NCBI GenBank assembly: GCA_963514005.1
Contig: OY740821.1
Coordinates: 14,198,001 to 14,262,000, forward strand
Source: Raja brachyura
Taxonomy: Eukaryota
Direction of reading: 5' to 3'
DNA: 64,000 bases
Shown: positions 36,305 to 49,200 of the stretch, one piece after another
Layout of the letters: each line of letters opens with the position of its first letter
Position numbering within the stretch: the first letter of the stretch is position 1
Notes under the pieces: model-generated
What the model saw: only the letters and a program-made list of their open reading frames with translations
Told to the model about the DNA's origin: nothing
Database searches by the model: none
Position numbers and translations under genes: made by a program

Positions 36305-39255
36305 ATGCTGGATTACGACGGCCAAAGTGCAACATGCAACCAATACATCTATTTCCATTAACTGGATTAAATAAAGCAATAAAATAAAATTCATAATTTT
36401 TCCTGTTTGTTGCCTCTTGATATTGATATATAGTGTCATAACAACTTGCCCACATCGAACATGTCCCATTTCATTCACTTTACATTTTATATATATTTTT
36501 AAAGTTTCTGGCACTCCATGGTGCTTTAGAGACATGGGAGGGGTGTCATTAGTTGGCCAGGGGTGTATTGACGTTTTATTATCTCATGACCTCTGTTAGT
36601 CAGGAAAAACTGATTATCCAGAAAGACTCTGGAACTGAGGGTGACAGAAAATCGGTGGTCAACCTGTATATTGTATCCCTCAGAATACTCTCTGGTGACT
36701 TTCCGACCACAGATGTTAGGCTCACTGGCCTGTAGTTCACAACTGTTGCCCTGCAGCCCTTCTTGAACAGAGGCACAACATTTGCCACCCTCCAATCTTC
36801 CAGTACAGTGAAAAAGTATGAGATAAGGATATAAGAATAGAAGATGCGCAAAATGTGAAACTAGGGGAAGGAGTATAAATGGAGGTGGACGGGGGGAAGG
36901 GGAAAGGGAGAAAAGAGTGCGCATCCAGGTGAAAATTTGTAGTAGGTGCTAAATTCATTAAATTATCTACAGCACATTCGGAAACACAGATAGAGACATA
37001 GATAAGGCATTATTGCAGCCTTTAAAGATATGTTAGATATGGGAAAATAAAACTTACATCCTGATTTTAAGGCTGATATTTTTGATTTGTGATCGTGCTA
37101 GTGAGATATCAATTTAAATATTTACATTTTCAACACTTAATATGTAAAATGTTGCGGGGAGTACTACAATTTCAAACATGCTATACTTTGAATGTGATAG
37201 TAAATAAACCCCTAGCTTCCCTTTCATTTGAATGTAAAAGATCGCAAAAGCATTCCTTGAGGAAGAGCAGGGCAGTTTTCCCTAATGTCCTGTTCAATCT
37301 GGTCATCATCAGGCTGCTGTTTGCAAGAACTCAGTATGCACAAATCGACTCTCACATAATACATATTACAAAGTGATTACACACGGAAGTACCAATGCTT
37401 TGGACATCCAGCAGTTGTGCAAAATGCTACATAAATGCAAATTCATTCCGTTTATTATTACAGTAAATGGAGGAAAGCGTGAATTGAAGCATAATTTGCT
37501 GCTACACCCAACCAGATTCCACATTGAGAGTAATATTCTGGGATATCCACCTATATCATTGGGAGCGTTTTGTATATCTCAGACAATTTCCTCAGACAAT
37601 CAGAACTTTAAACAGGCATAGTATTGGGGCCACGGTATGTATATTCAACCTATCAAATTCTAGAAGCAAGGATCACTTACATCACAGGATTATTTCAATA
37701 AAGTTATTGCTAATTGAGTGTTGAGTGTGAATTAATAAATCAAGCTCTACCCAAAGAAAGTTGTGTGGCATTTGGTTGCCATGATAATTGCCACAATATA
37801 ACCCTAAGACTTTACTAAGATACAAATATATATACTCATCCCATCTTCCAATTGCTCCAAAAGCTTTTCACTGTACCTCAGTACACGTGACAATAAACTG
37901 AATTGAACTGAACCAAAAAATCCCATGAGATGCCTCAAAGCTGAAAATTGGTCATTTCCCATCAATTTTGAACTCACTCAGTCATCCCGTTCTCTCCCTA
38001 ACCCTATCTGTAAAACCATTGCCATCCTTACCACTGGGTAGCTGGGTGCTCCAGGATTGCTGATCTAATTCAGTTACAGTGGTCCAAATGGATTTTTGGA
38101 CGTTCCTGGATCAGAAATTACCTTCAAACCATCCATGTGTTTTTCCATCTGGAAGCAATAGAGTAAATATTTATCAAAGAAATCTTGTTTTTAGGTGAAT
38201 AATAAACACTAGTTCGTCAAAGAAAAAGTGGTCTGTAGAGAGCAGTTGTATGAGAGCTGCCTCACAATCAAAACATAACACGTCTTCCACAAAGTTGAAG
38301 TGTGTTTGTGAAAAGTGAAAAATTAGATGCTAGAAATCTGAAATAAAAAAACTGAAAATTCTGGATAAATTCTGCAGGTCAGGCACTATCTGTGGAAAAA
38401 GAAAAACAGAGTTGACATTTCAGGTCAATCACATTTCATCAGTCTGGTGAAATATAAAAGATCCTTAATTTGAAATGCTAACTCTGTTTCATTCTGCATA
38501 GATGCTGCCTGACCTGTTGCTATTTCCACCATTTTGTTTTCTTCCTGTCCATCTGGTCAAGTCTTCTTACTGGTCAGTCACTCCTGACTGAGGATGACTT
38601 GCTTCCACTTTAGCCCTATGAATCCTAGGGGTGGCTGATGAGACCAATAAATATAGGAACTACAAACCCTTCTACAACAAGGGCGGGAGGTTCCTGACAG
38701 GGTGAGTGGACGGGTAGCTTGTGAGATGGTGTGCTCCTTCTCCACTTTCGGTGGTTATGATCCACAGAATTCCAAATATAAGTGGGGAAGTTGCATTTTT
38801 TCCCAATATACCTTTGAGCAAATCTTTGAATTTTTATCTGTCTGCCTGCTAATCTCTTGTGATGGAGGTCAGAATAGAGTGTGTGGTTTTGAGATCAGGC
38901 ACGCCAATGAGATGACCTGCCTCATGGAGGCAACTGAGTGTAATTAGGACCTGAATGTTGGTCTGGAAAAGAACATTGATGTTGATTTTTTATCCTCCTT
39001 CCAGACAGTTTGAATGGTACAACAATAAATGTAATTGTGCCAGCAGAGCACAGTTGGAATACCTCCGGTATTATCTCTGTGGAGCTTGCACGTCCTCCCT
39101 GTGACCACGTGGATTTCCTCTGGTTGTTCCAGTTTGTAGGTTAATTGGTCTTTGTAAATTGCCCCAAGTGTTTAAGGAGTGGACGTGAACGTGGGATAAC
39201 ATAGAAACAGTGTGAGTGGGTGATTGCTGATCACCGTGGACTTCGTGGGTCAAAG

Positions 39256-39291
39256 CAAAGATCGTATACTAGCTCCGCTATAGGATCTTTG
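39256..39291. mobile_element. 36-bp TIR-only transposon remnant with 8-bp TSD ggtcaaag
   Basis: ggtcaaag|caaagatcgtatactagctccgctataggatctttg|ggtcaaag. Confidence 0.85.
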
Positions 39292-39370
39292 GGTCAAAGG
39301 GCCGTGTCCAGGTTAGGCAAGAGATTGGTGATTTTTCATGAACACTGGCCAGTGAAATAGTGGTTGAAAT

Positions 39371-39392
39371 CAAAGATCCTATAGGATCTTTG
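39371..39392. mobile_element. 22-bp perfect palindromic TIR remnant with 8-bp TSD gttgaaat
   Basis: gttgaaat|caaagatcctataggatctttg|gttgaaat. Confidence 0.85.
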
Positions 39393-39499
39393 GTTGAAAT
39401 GGGACGGAAGGGGAAGTAGGTAAAGGGGAATGGTACTAACTGAGTCGGAGCATGGGGTTGGAGAGTCTGACCCTGCGCTCATTCAGATCTCTCTAACAT

Positions 39500-40205
39500 T
39501 ATCCTATCGCCCCGAATTGTGAACACTTCCATCAGGTAGTACCTCGACCCTATGCATTTTGGTGAAAAGAAGCTGAATATCTCCGCTTTCCCCCTCACAA
39601 CTAAAGCCTCTCACCCACCGCTGCCGCCCACGCCTCTGCTTGCGTGAGACTCTTGTGTCCCGTCTCCACGGCAACACGAAGCCGAGCCCGCCAAATTTGA
39701 CCATTCTGGGAATAAACATGTAAACATGGCAAATGTCGTTAGTGGGGACCCTCTGCGGCTTTATTTAACGAGACATTGTTTAACTTGCCTTTTTTTGAGA
39801 GAAGATAGACGACATCTCGAGTCGACGACCTTTGCACCCGCCCAGCCCCCTTGTTTTGTAAGATGGCGCTCGCTCGGGGATGCTTCCGGCTTCAGCGGCT
39901 AAAGGGACGTAGTTCCTCGGAGTTTTTATACTATCCGACGATCTGTGTCTCTCGGTAAGAAACGTTTTAGCCTGGGGCTTTGGTGCTCTGTATTTATTAA
40001 TATAGGTCACCGTTTCTTTATTAGTTTTCCATCGTATCATTTCCAGACCTCCGAGTCCCGCGACCCACCCACACGGGTCGCGCAATAGCGAGGGTGTGTT
40101 CCAAATATTAAATACCCGGGTCACTGTCATCTGACAAATTCAACTTTAAGCATCACCAGTTAAACATTGCAGCAGCCGTCGCGCCTTCACTGAGGCTGCC
40201 GGTCA
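39500..40205 (+). promoter_or_regulatory. CpG-rich promoter of LETMD1
   Basis: High CpG density, GC boxes (cccgccc), a YY1-like AAGATGGCG overlapping the ATG, and an ETS-like CTTCCGG. Confidence 0.7.
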
Positions 40206-43200
40206 TTTTGTAGTGATTTCTAAAATCAAAGAATGATACCGCACAGAGTAGGCCTACATTTGTTTGGTAGAACTATTCCAATTAGTCCCTCTCCCTTTCC
40301 CACAAACCCTTTTTTGTTTTATGCTGTTCCATTTAATACAAGTCAGAGTAAACAGTTGTTTCTCCGGCCTGCAGGTTGTGATTAGTGGGTTACCACAGGG
40401 ATTGGTGTTTGTCAGTCGCAATTTATGAGGAATTTGGTTGAGGGGAGCAAATGTCATGTTTGTTGTGGTTTAAAAAGAGAGGAGGGTGCAAGGAGGCTTA
40501 AAGAGGATGCGGGCAAGCTAAGTGGGTGAGGACTTGACAGCTGGAATATGATGTAGTGAAATGTCAGATCATCTGTAGAAGCAAGGAATTGCAGATGTTG
40601 GTTTACAAAAAAAGACACAATGTATTTGACTAACTCAATGTGTCGGGCAGCATCTCTGGAGAACATGGCCAGGTGATATTTCAAGTTGGAATCCTTCTTC
40701 AGACATCCCAACCTGAAAGGTCACCTATCCATGTTCTCCATAGATGCTGCCTGACCTGGTGTGTTAATCCAACACTGTCCTTTTGACAGATCATCTGCCA
40801 TGGTGCACAAAATAGGAAAGCAGAGTTTTATTTAAATGGTGACAGATTAGAAAGTTGTTGTTCAAAGGGAACTGGGTGTTTCTGTGCACAAGAAACTTAA
40901 GACTAATATGAAGGTATGGGAAGTTGTTAATGGGCAAATGGTATGTTAGCTTTCGCTGTGAGAGGCTTTGAGTAAAGAGGTTCGACTGGCAGAGTCATCA
41001 TGGATTTAGGAAAGGGAGGTTGTGTTTTACAAATCAGTTTTGGGATTGTGAGCAGCAGAACAGATGGGAAAGCAATTGCTATTCTGAATTCAAAGCACCG
41101 CATGTGAGTAAACAAAGTGAGAGCATGTGGGACTGTGGTAATATGCTGGTGTGGATTGAAAATTGGTTTATGGACAGAAAACAGAATAGGAATTAATGGG
41201 TAGTTTTCTAGTTGAGGGGCTGTAATGGATTAGTTGTAATGGTGTTACAGGGTTTTGATTAATGCAAGAAAATGGTACTGAGGTAAAGGATGTTTTTTCT
41301 GAATGCAGAGCAGGCATGAAGGCTGAATGGCTGACTAATACTACTTCTGTCCTTGTCGGGGTCTCCAACACAACTGGGAGCTGCCCACTCCCGGTTGGGG
41401 TATAATTAACATTGCATAGGATACAGGTAGGGCATTTAAATTATTAATGGACAAACACGTGTAATAAATGTAACAATATAAACTGAGTGGGGAAATAGTT
41501 AATGTTTCAAGTTGGTGACCTTAGTGTAAGGTGGTAATTGAGCTAATCCATCAGTGCAACATTTTGTCTTGACAGGTGTGCCTAGCTGTGCAGGTGTGTG
41601 CATTAATGTCAATCTTATTTTGAGTACGTTACTTAAAAATCCTTATATAACTGAATCTGCAGTCAGTTTGCCATTTGAGGACCAGTGTCTTTCTGATGAC
41701 CAGTATAATTCTGGAGTGTTTTATAACAGCACTTGAGCGCAAAGCATTTTCAGTAGAAATGGTCAGTCTGACTCCAGCATTTTGTCTCTTATCTTTGATT
41801 ACCTTATAAAAGTTTCCTAGCGCAAAAGCAAATGCATCAGAAAAACAACTGGAAATGTAGAGATTGCTTATAATCTTCTAAAATCACCTGAGCGCAAAAT
41901 AAGCATTTTGTTTTCTAAAAATGCATCAAGAGTTTAAATCTCAATCTTGACAATGGTATTTTTTTTTAAAAGTGAGATGCTTTTCAATAATGAAGGTGAA
42001 GTGAACAAATAAATTAATCCAGGAGATTGTTATTTCCTAGTCAGGGTTGTGTTAGCTGATCTTGGCCAGGCCAGCAACAGGTATAATAAGACTTAGTGCT
42101 TTAAGGAAAGTTGGCCAAAGTTCCATGCCTTGATTGCTAATTAGTGACTGTAATCTGCATGTGCATGGGTCAGTTCAGGACCTGGTTTTCTAGTGCTGCA
42201 TTCTTCCTTTTCCTCTGTTCAACCCGAAGGTGAATTTGTGTTGGAGCAATGGGAGATATTCAAGGACAAGGAAGGGGGGGATGAATTTCAATCTGCTGAA
42301 GGTGTGAAGCAATGTTTTTGGGGGAAGTAAACAAGATAAAGGGATGCTCGATAAGTAGCAGAAAATTGGGAAATCTAGAGGCACAGAGGAACTTTGAAAT
42401 GTATAATCTAAAGATCCCTGAAGCTCAAAGAAAAACAGGAAGAAAATATGTTTATGAAGACACATGGGACATTCCTTAATAGGCCAAAGTTTTCAATATG
42501 AGCAAGGAAGTTGTGTGAGAATTGTATAAAATGTTAGTTAGATGACAGCTAGAAAAATGTGTAGAATATGGCTTGCCAAAGTGCAGAATGGACATGATTG
42601 TACAGACATTTTTGATTTTTTAATTTTAGATGAGACAGACTAGGGCTGTTTTTTCTGGAACAGACAGCAAGGGGAAATTTAAAAAGGGAAGTCAGTAATC
42701 AAGCGGCATTGATTTAAGATAATCAGAAGAAGGAATAGAGGGGAGTGCAGAATAAATTACCGCTCCCCGAGTGCCTGGAGGTCTGCATCTCACTGTCAGA
42801 TACCCTTAGCATCTTTAAAAAGATTCTGGACGGGCACTTGACTTGTCTACACACAAGGCTGTCGCCTAAGAGAATTGGGGCCCGTGATTAAGATGGATAG
42901 CTTGTACTCTGTCAAATGGCCTCCTTCTCTGCTTTACATTTCTATGATCCTTTCTGAGTACAGTTGAAAAGTAACAACATACTTTGTGGTAAAACTGCTA
43001 ACAGATTAATTGATAACTTTCTTATTTTATTTCCCTCGCCACCAATACTCCATCCCACCGCAGGCTTACTAGTCACCAGTTGTCACAATTTTTCACAACA
43101 GCGAAGAGGAGTACTTTAAGTTCAGCTATCATCTCAAAGGCCAAACGTTTGAATGCAAAATATGAAAAATTTCTGGAAATAAACTTTCCGCGTTTTTATG

Positions 43201-46200
43201 GTATCTATTCATCTTTTTTCCGAGGTAAGTTAGTAACCAGAAGATGTTAATAATGTTTCACCAGTAAACACGACAAAAATGTTGGGGGGGGGGGGGGTGG
43301 TCACGGGCACATAACTGGCAGCGAAATACTCTGTCGGGGAGAAAGTCAGAATCACATTTAATGCACATCTCTTATGACCATTAAATATTGATGGAATCAA
43401 CTATTAACAAAGTCTGTACAGTTGCAGCTGTCTCAGCAAGTAAAAGTATTATCTGCCGTAATGTTGTACCTTTTTATAGACAAAAGGATTTGATTTGGAT
43501 TGCGTAGTATTAAGCCCATCTTGGATGGAACTGTGGTTGTATGTTGTACAATTGTGGATGTGACATCGTTCAGGATGATGCAGTGGCTCCCAGAAAGGGA
43601 AATAAGGGACCAGTCAGTCATTGCTATTTAGTGACCACATTCAGCAAGTGACTTGTATTCATATTGTGCCTTAACTTTCTAAATTATCCTAAGGTATTTA
43701 GAATGGAAGAATTAATTGTTGTTTAGCCATTGTATATGGGGAGAGCAAGAAGCGTTCAAGGGCTTTATTTCAAGTTCTCTTTTCAAATTGTTAATATTTG
43801 ACATTTTGAAAGAATCAAATTTTTATGTGGCTTGATCACTGTGTCCCTTGTCCAATATTATTATCTTACCCACATGTAACAAGTCGATAGGAGGGTGCTG
43901 AGTCTCTGGAGTTCTGAGGATGTTATAAGCAGAGCCAGTTGAGGGGAACCTGTAAATGAGGTGGCTTTGGTAATCCAGAAGGGACTTAGGACGACACAAA
44001 GGCCCAGTGCACAAGATACAAGCTCGCAATATAGGTGTGGGGTGGTGAGTGTTAATATGAATTGAATGAAGACTAACTGTCAAAGTAACATTAACACATT
44101 TGCAGATGACACAAAGCTAGGTGGCAGGGTGAACTGTGAGGAGGATGCAGGGTGACTTGGGCAGGTTGGGTGAGGGGCAGATTCATGGCATTTGCAGTTT
44201 AATGTGGATAAATGTGAGGTTATCCACTTTGGTGGCAAAAATAGGAAGGCAGATTAATATCTGAATGGCGCCAAGTTGGGAAAAGGGGGAAGTACAAAGA
44301 GATCTGGGGGTCCTTGTTCATCAGTCACTGAAAGTAAGCATGCAGGTACAGCAGGCAGTGAAGAAAGCTAAAGACATGTTGGCCTTCATAACAAGAGGAG
44401 TTGATTATAGGAGCAAAGAGGTTCTTCTGCAGTTGTACAGGGCCCTAGTGAGATTGTGTGCAGTTTTGGTCTCCAAATTTGAGGAAGGACATTCTTGCTA
44501 TTGAGGGAGTGCAGCGTAGGTTCACAAGGTTAATTCCCGGGATGGCGGGACTGTCATATATTGATAGAACATATGAGCTTGTATACTCTAGAATTTAGAA
44601 GGATGAGAGGGGATCTTATTGAAACATAAGATTATTAAGGGATTGGACACGCTGGAGGCAGGAAATATGTTCCTGATGTTGGGGGAGTCCAGAACCAGGG
44701 GCCACAGTTTAAAAATAAGGGGTAGGCCATTTAGAGCGGAGATGAGGAAAAACTTTTTCACCCAGAGAGTTGTGAATCTGTGGCATTCTCTGCCTCAGAA
44801 GGCAGTGGAGACCAATTCTCTGGATGCTGTCAAGAGAGAGTTAGATACAGCTCTTAAAGATAGTGGAGTCGGGGGATATGGTGAGAAGGCAGGAATGGGG
44901 TACTGAATGTGGATGATCAGCCATGATCACATTGAATGGCGGTGCTGGCACAAAGGGCCGAATGGCCTACTGCACCTATTGTCAAACAGAAGACTGTCAG
45001 AATATGTTTCTTTTTCAGGCTAAAAGGATATGACAATGGAAGGGCCACAAGTGTCAGTTTTTGTTCCTGAATTATTTATGATTTATATTAATGCCTTGGA
45101 GGAAGGGCCAGAGTGTAAGGTATCCAGTTTTGCTGATAATATAAATACAGGTGAGAGTCGAGAGTGCATAATTGTCATATGTACCGACTATGGAACAATG
45201 AAATTCTTGCAGCAGCAGAACAGTCCTGTAAACTGTGGTGAGGATATTTAGACTCTGCAATAATATATAGATTGGTTGAGCGAGTGTGTGAAAACTGGCA
45301 AATGGAGTATAATATTAGATAATAGTCTGCTTTTTAACTCCCAACCTCACACTTTCCTATTATCCAAATGGAGAGATACTGCACAAGTGGAATATAGAGG
45401 GATCAAAGCATGATTGTGTACAAAACAAAATGTTAGCGTGCAGGTGCAGCAAAGTAGTTAGGAAGGCAAATGGCATATTGGTCTTTCTTGCAAGGAGTTT
45501 GGCATTCAGATATTATTACAATTTTTCAAGAGGATATTGATACTGTTCATGGATGACTCTGTATTGTTTCCCCATATTTCAGGAAGGGCATGCTGACATT
45601 GAAGGCAGTCCAGGAGAGAATCACTCTGATGATTACAGGGATGAAAAGATTATTTTATTATGAACAGCCAAAAATGTTTGATCTGTCACTTTGGAGTTTG
45701 CAAGGATGACAGCTGATCATATTGAAACATATATGATCCTAAAGGTGCTTGACAGGCGGCTGTCGAGATGTTTCCACTCTTGGAGAGTTGTAGCTGCAAG
45801 GGGTTGATCGTTTAAGACTGAAGTGCACAGGAATTTCTTCTTGAAGAAAATAGTGAATCTCTGGAATTTCTTCCACAGAGGGTTATGGGGGATAGACTAT
45901 TGGAGATATTTAAAGAGGAGGTGGGTACTTTTTTGAAAGATCAGGGTATGAAGGACAATATGGGCGTAGCACAGAAGAGGCCCATTGGGTAGATCAGCAT
46001 GGCCATATTGAATGGCGGGGCAGGCTTGAGGTGCCAAGTGGCCAACTCCTCCTATTTTCTGGTCTGTGCTTGGGTGTTTTCTGGCTGCTGGTATTAGTTT
46101 CTGGATCGGTTCCACTTCCCTGACCTGCACCCTTCTTGAGGCACGTAGGTGCTTTTGATGGCGGGGATGGCTGTTCCCGCGATGGACCAGGTTGAGTCCT

Positions 46201-49200
46201 CCACTCTGCAGCCTCTTGTGTTCCTGTGCTGTGCATTTGTAAATAACTATCTCTCGCAAAATCCACTTTTACTGCTATCAATGGTACAGCATCATTAAAG
46301 CCATGATCGCGTTGCTGTTTATGGGAGCTTGTTGTGTGTAACTTGCTGCAACGTTTCCTCCATTACAGCAAGTACTTAATTTGGGCACAAAGCACTTGGA
46401 CCTTTGTTGTGAAATGCATTATGGAGTTGCATGACTGTCTTTCTTTTATTGAATCTTGCGACATAAAAGGCTGTTCAGCCCCATGCATATCTGCCAGCTC
46501 TTTGAAAGAAGGTAGACACAAAATGCTGGAGTAACTCAGCGGGACAGGCAGCATCTCTGGAGAGAAGGAATGGGTGACATTTTGGGTTGAGACCCTTCTT
46601 CAGACTCGGGGCTTTGAAAGGGCTGTCTGCTCTCCCCACAGACCTGCAATTTCCCCTTTCATTTCAAATTCCCTTCTGAATGTTGCTTCTGTCACCCTAT
46701 CAGGGTGTTTATTTCTGATCCTAACAAATTGCTGCTTTTGTGAAATATAAAAAAAATAGTTATCTTGTCAAATATCATTAATAGTAATTGCACTTTCTAC
46801 AATGATAACTCTTCACTTTGCTTATCTCGTAGGTTTTCGTCTATTGTATCTTGACTTCAAGGAAGTTAATGGAATAAGGTATCAGATGGCTAATAAAGGA
46901 CTAAAGTACAACCAGCTGCCTTACAGGGAAATGGACAAATTAAGACAGGTGAGACTTTTCCATGGCATAAGTGAAGGCCTTTCCTTTCTATCTGCTTTCT
47001 CCTGCATATGAGTCACAGAACGTAGACCAAAGTAGTTGTTTTTTAAGCCGTTTTTCTGTATGGTTTGGGGTGGGAGGGATGGTTAGAAGGTGGAGACTGA
47101 CTACCTGTGCGTGAACTGAGTTTTTGACATTAACTGTACAAGTGTTATATTTTCCAGTTTCGCAGAGACGTTATAAAGGTAATACCAGTAGTGCTTCTCG
47201 CCATTCCGCCATTTGCAAATTATCTTGTGTTTGTATTGATGTAAGTATTTCAAGAATTTTTATTAATGTTCTACAGTTGGGCACTGATCATGTGATAATC
47301 CAGCCATATTTTTAAATATACAGGATTTGTGATAAAATATTTAAAACCGAGTACATTAACTATAGTTGTGTGTTGACAACATTGCTATAAAATTCACTTT
47401 AAAAATAAAAGGCAATTCCAATGCTAACTGTTGTAATGCTGTTGGGCTGTTTAGAAAGCATAGTTAATACCAGCCGTTGATTGTGTCTGTTTGATGCTCT
47501 AAACAATGTATCAGATTGCTAGGTAAATGAAGGGGCAAAGCAAAGTTCTGGAGATTTAAGGGATTACCATGCATTAGAATTATTTGGCTTTAGTTGAGTC
47601 ATGCCCCCTGGTGGAAAGTAATAATTCTGAAAACCAATTAAATTGCCTGAATCATAGAATCTTGCAGGACAGCAATAACCCCATCATTCCTGCACCAGGT
47701 CTTTCAAAGAGCTGTAGTCAGTCCCACTCCAGGATGTACTCTCTCACCTTGTAGCAACTAAGAGGTGTGTAAAAGTGAACTTTCCTCCTCCCCTGTGGCC
47801 TCACACGAGTAGTACTTGAACATAAGAGGTTGGGAGGTGCGGAGGGAGATTTTTGTCCATGTTTCATTCTGTGAAACAATACACTATCGTCAAAAGTATT
47901 ATTCTGAATTATGTTTGTTTGTAATATGTGGTAGGTATTGTTTCTATGCTTAACTGTCCAATGTTATATAATTCTCATTTTGAGTGGTGATCTTTGGTAG
48001 AATGGCCTCTCGTTTTAAGTTGTGACCCTAACAAACATTTAGAGACACAGGAAGTGGTGGAGTTTTGATCAGTGTCAGAATGAGTGACTTACCTTCAACA
48101 CTGAACTGTGGGAACACATACGTTTCCTCAGACTAAGTCTGCACATGATTTTATTTGTAGGTATTTCTTTCCACGGCAGTTCTTAATAAGTCACTTCTGG
48201 ACCCACGATCAGCATCAAGAATTTAAGGAAATCTACCACTCGTTCCGGGCGCAGGTTTACCCAGACGCTGTGAGTGGTTTAATCAAAGCAGCCTCAAAGG
48301 TTAAAGACAAACAACTGAAAAAACAGCTGTTGACTCTTGGCAACAAAGTACGTACCCCTATTAATGAAACTTGAGAAACGTTATTTCCAAGCTTATTACC
48401 TTGGATCAAGCACTTTTCAGGTGGCAAGATGGAGACTTGTTTTTGATCTTATGTGCGTTGTACTCCCAATGTTACCGAGAAGGTAAAAGGCTAATATGTG
48501 GTTCTGTGTAAGAGTGTCCGGGAGGAGGGGGGGGGGGGGGGGGGGGTTTAGGGAAGGAAATGAAAATGTATCCCAAGTTTTTTGATCAACCTCTGGCAAC
48601 TAGGTCATGTGACCACTACAATTTGCGAGACAGGTCGATCTATTCACCATTTGGCTAGCAAATAGAATAAGATCTAAAGGAAGAGTGTGTATAAGTGAAC
48701 CAAAGTTTATGTAGAGCAGGCAAAATAGAGACAAGGCCGAGATCAGATCAACCATGAATTGATGTGGACTCCACCGCGTGTGAAACTGCCTCCTGTATCC
48801 GTTTCATATGTTCACACACTGGTGTGAATGAAATTGTTCTGGGCATAAAGGTTCTATTATAAATGATGGAAATGTTTCTGTTATTAAAAGTGCCTGTTCC
48901 AAAGTAATCAACTTGGATCTAATTAGTGAATAAAATAAATTAAAAATGACCACTTAAGTGGGAAATGCAGAGGTTTAGTCAATGAAGACTTGACCAAAGA
49001 AGGAGTGTCCCAACATGAAGGAAAAACATGCCAAGCCTACATGATTTGCCGGTTGTCTCCTCATCCATACCTGATATGCAATCAAATATTATGGCCAATA
49101 TATACACCCCCCCCCCCCCAGTAAAGACATCCATTGGATTATTGGTAAAGGGAGGGCGGAGCCCTGTCAGATTTGAAGGGTCATTGGGCGCGGTGGGTTC

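Noticed and set aside
22020-36421. Copy B as an uncollapsed haplotig (false duplication)
   Set aside because: About 30 amino-acid differences and many copy-specific TE insertions are too much for allelic variation.
39504-39719. Divergent minus-strand ORF or first exon from the LETMD1 CpG promoter
   Set aside because: No recognisable protein, only a weak donor (gag|gtacta), and no downstream exons found.
41735-41930. Three copies of a gcgcaaa..gcat motif in LETMD1 intron 1
   Set aside because: Too short and irregular to distinguish from an old decayed local duplication.
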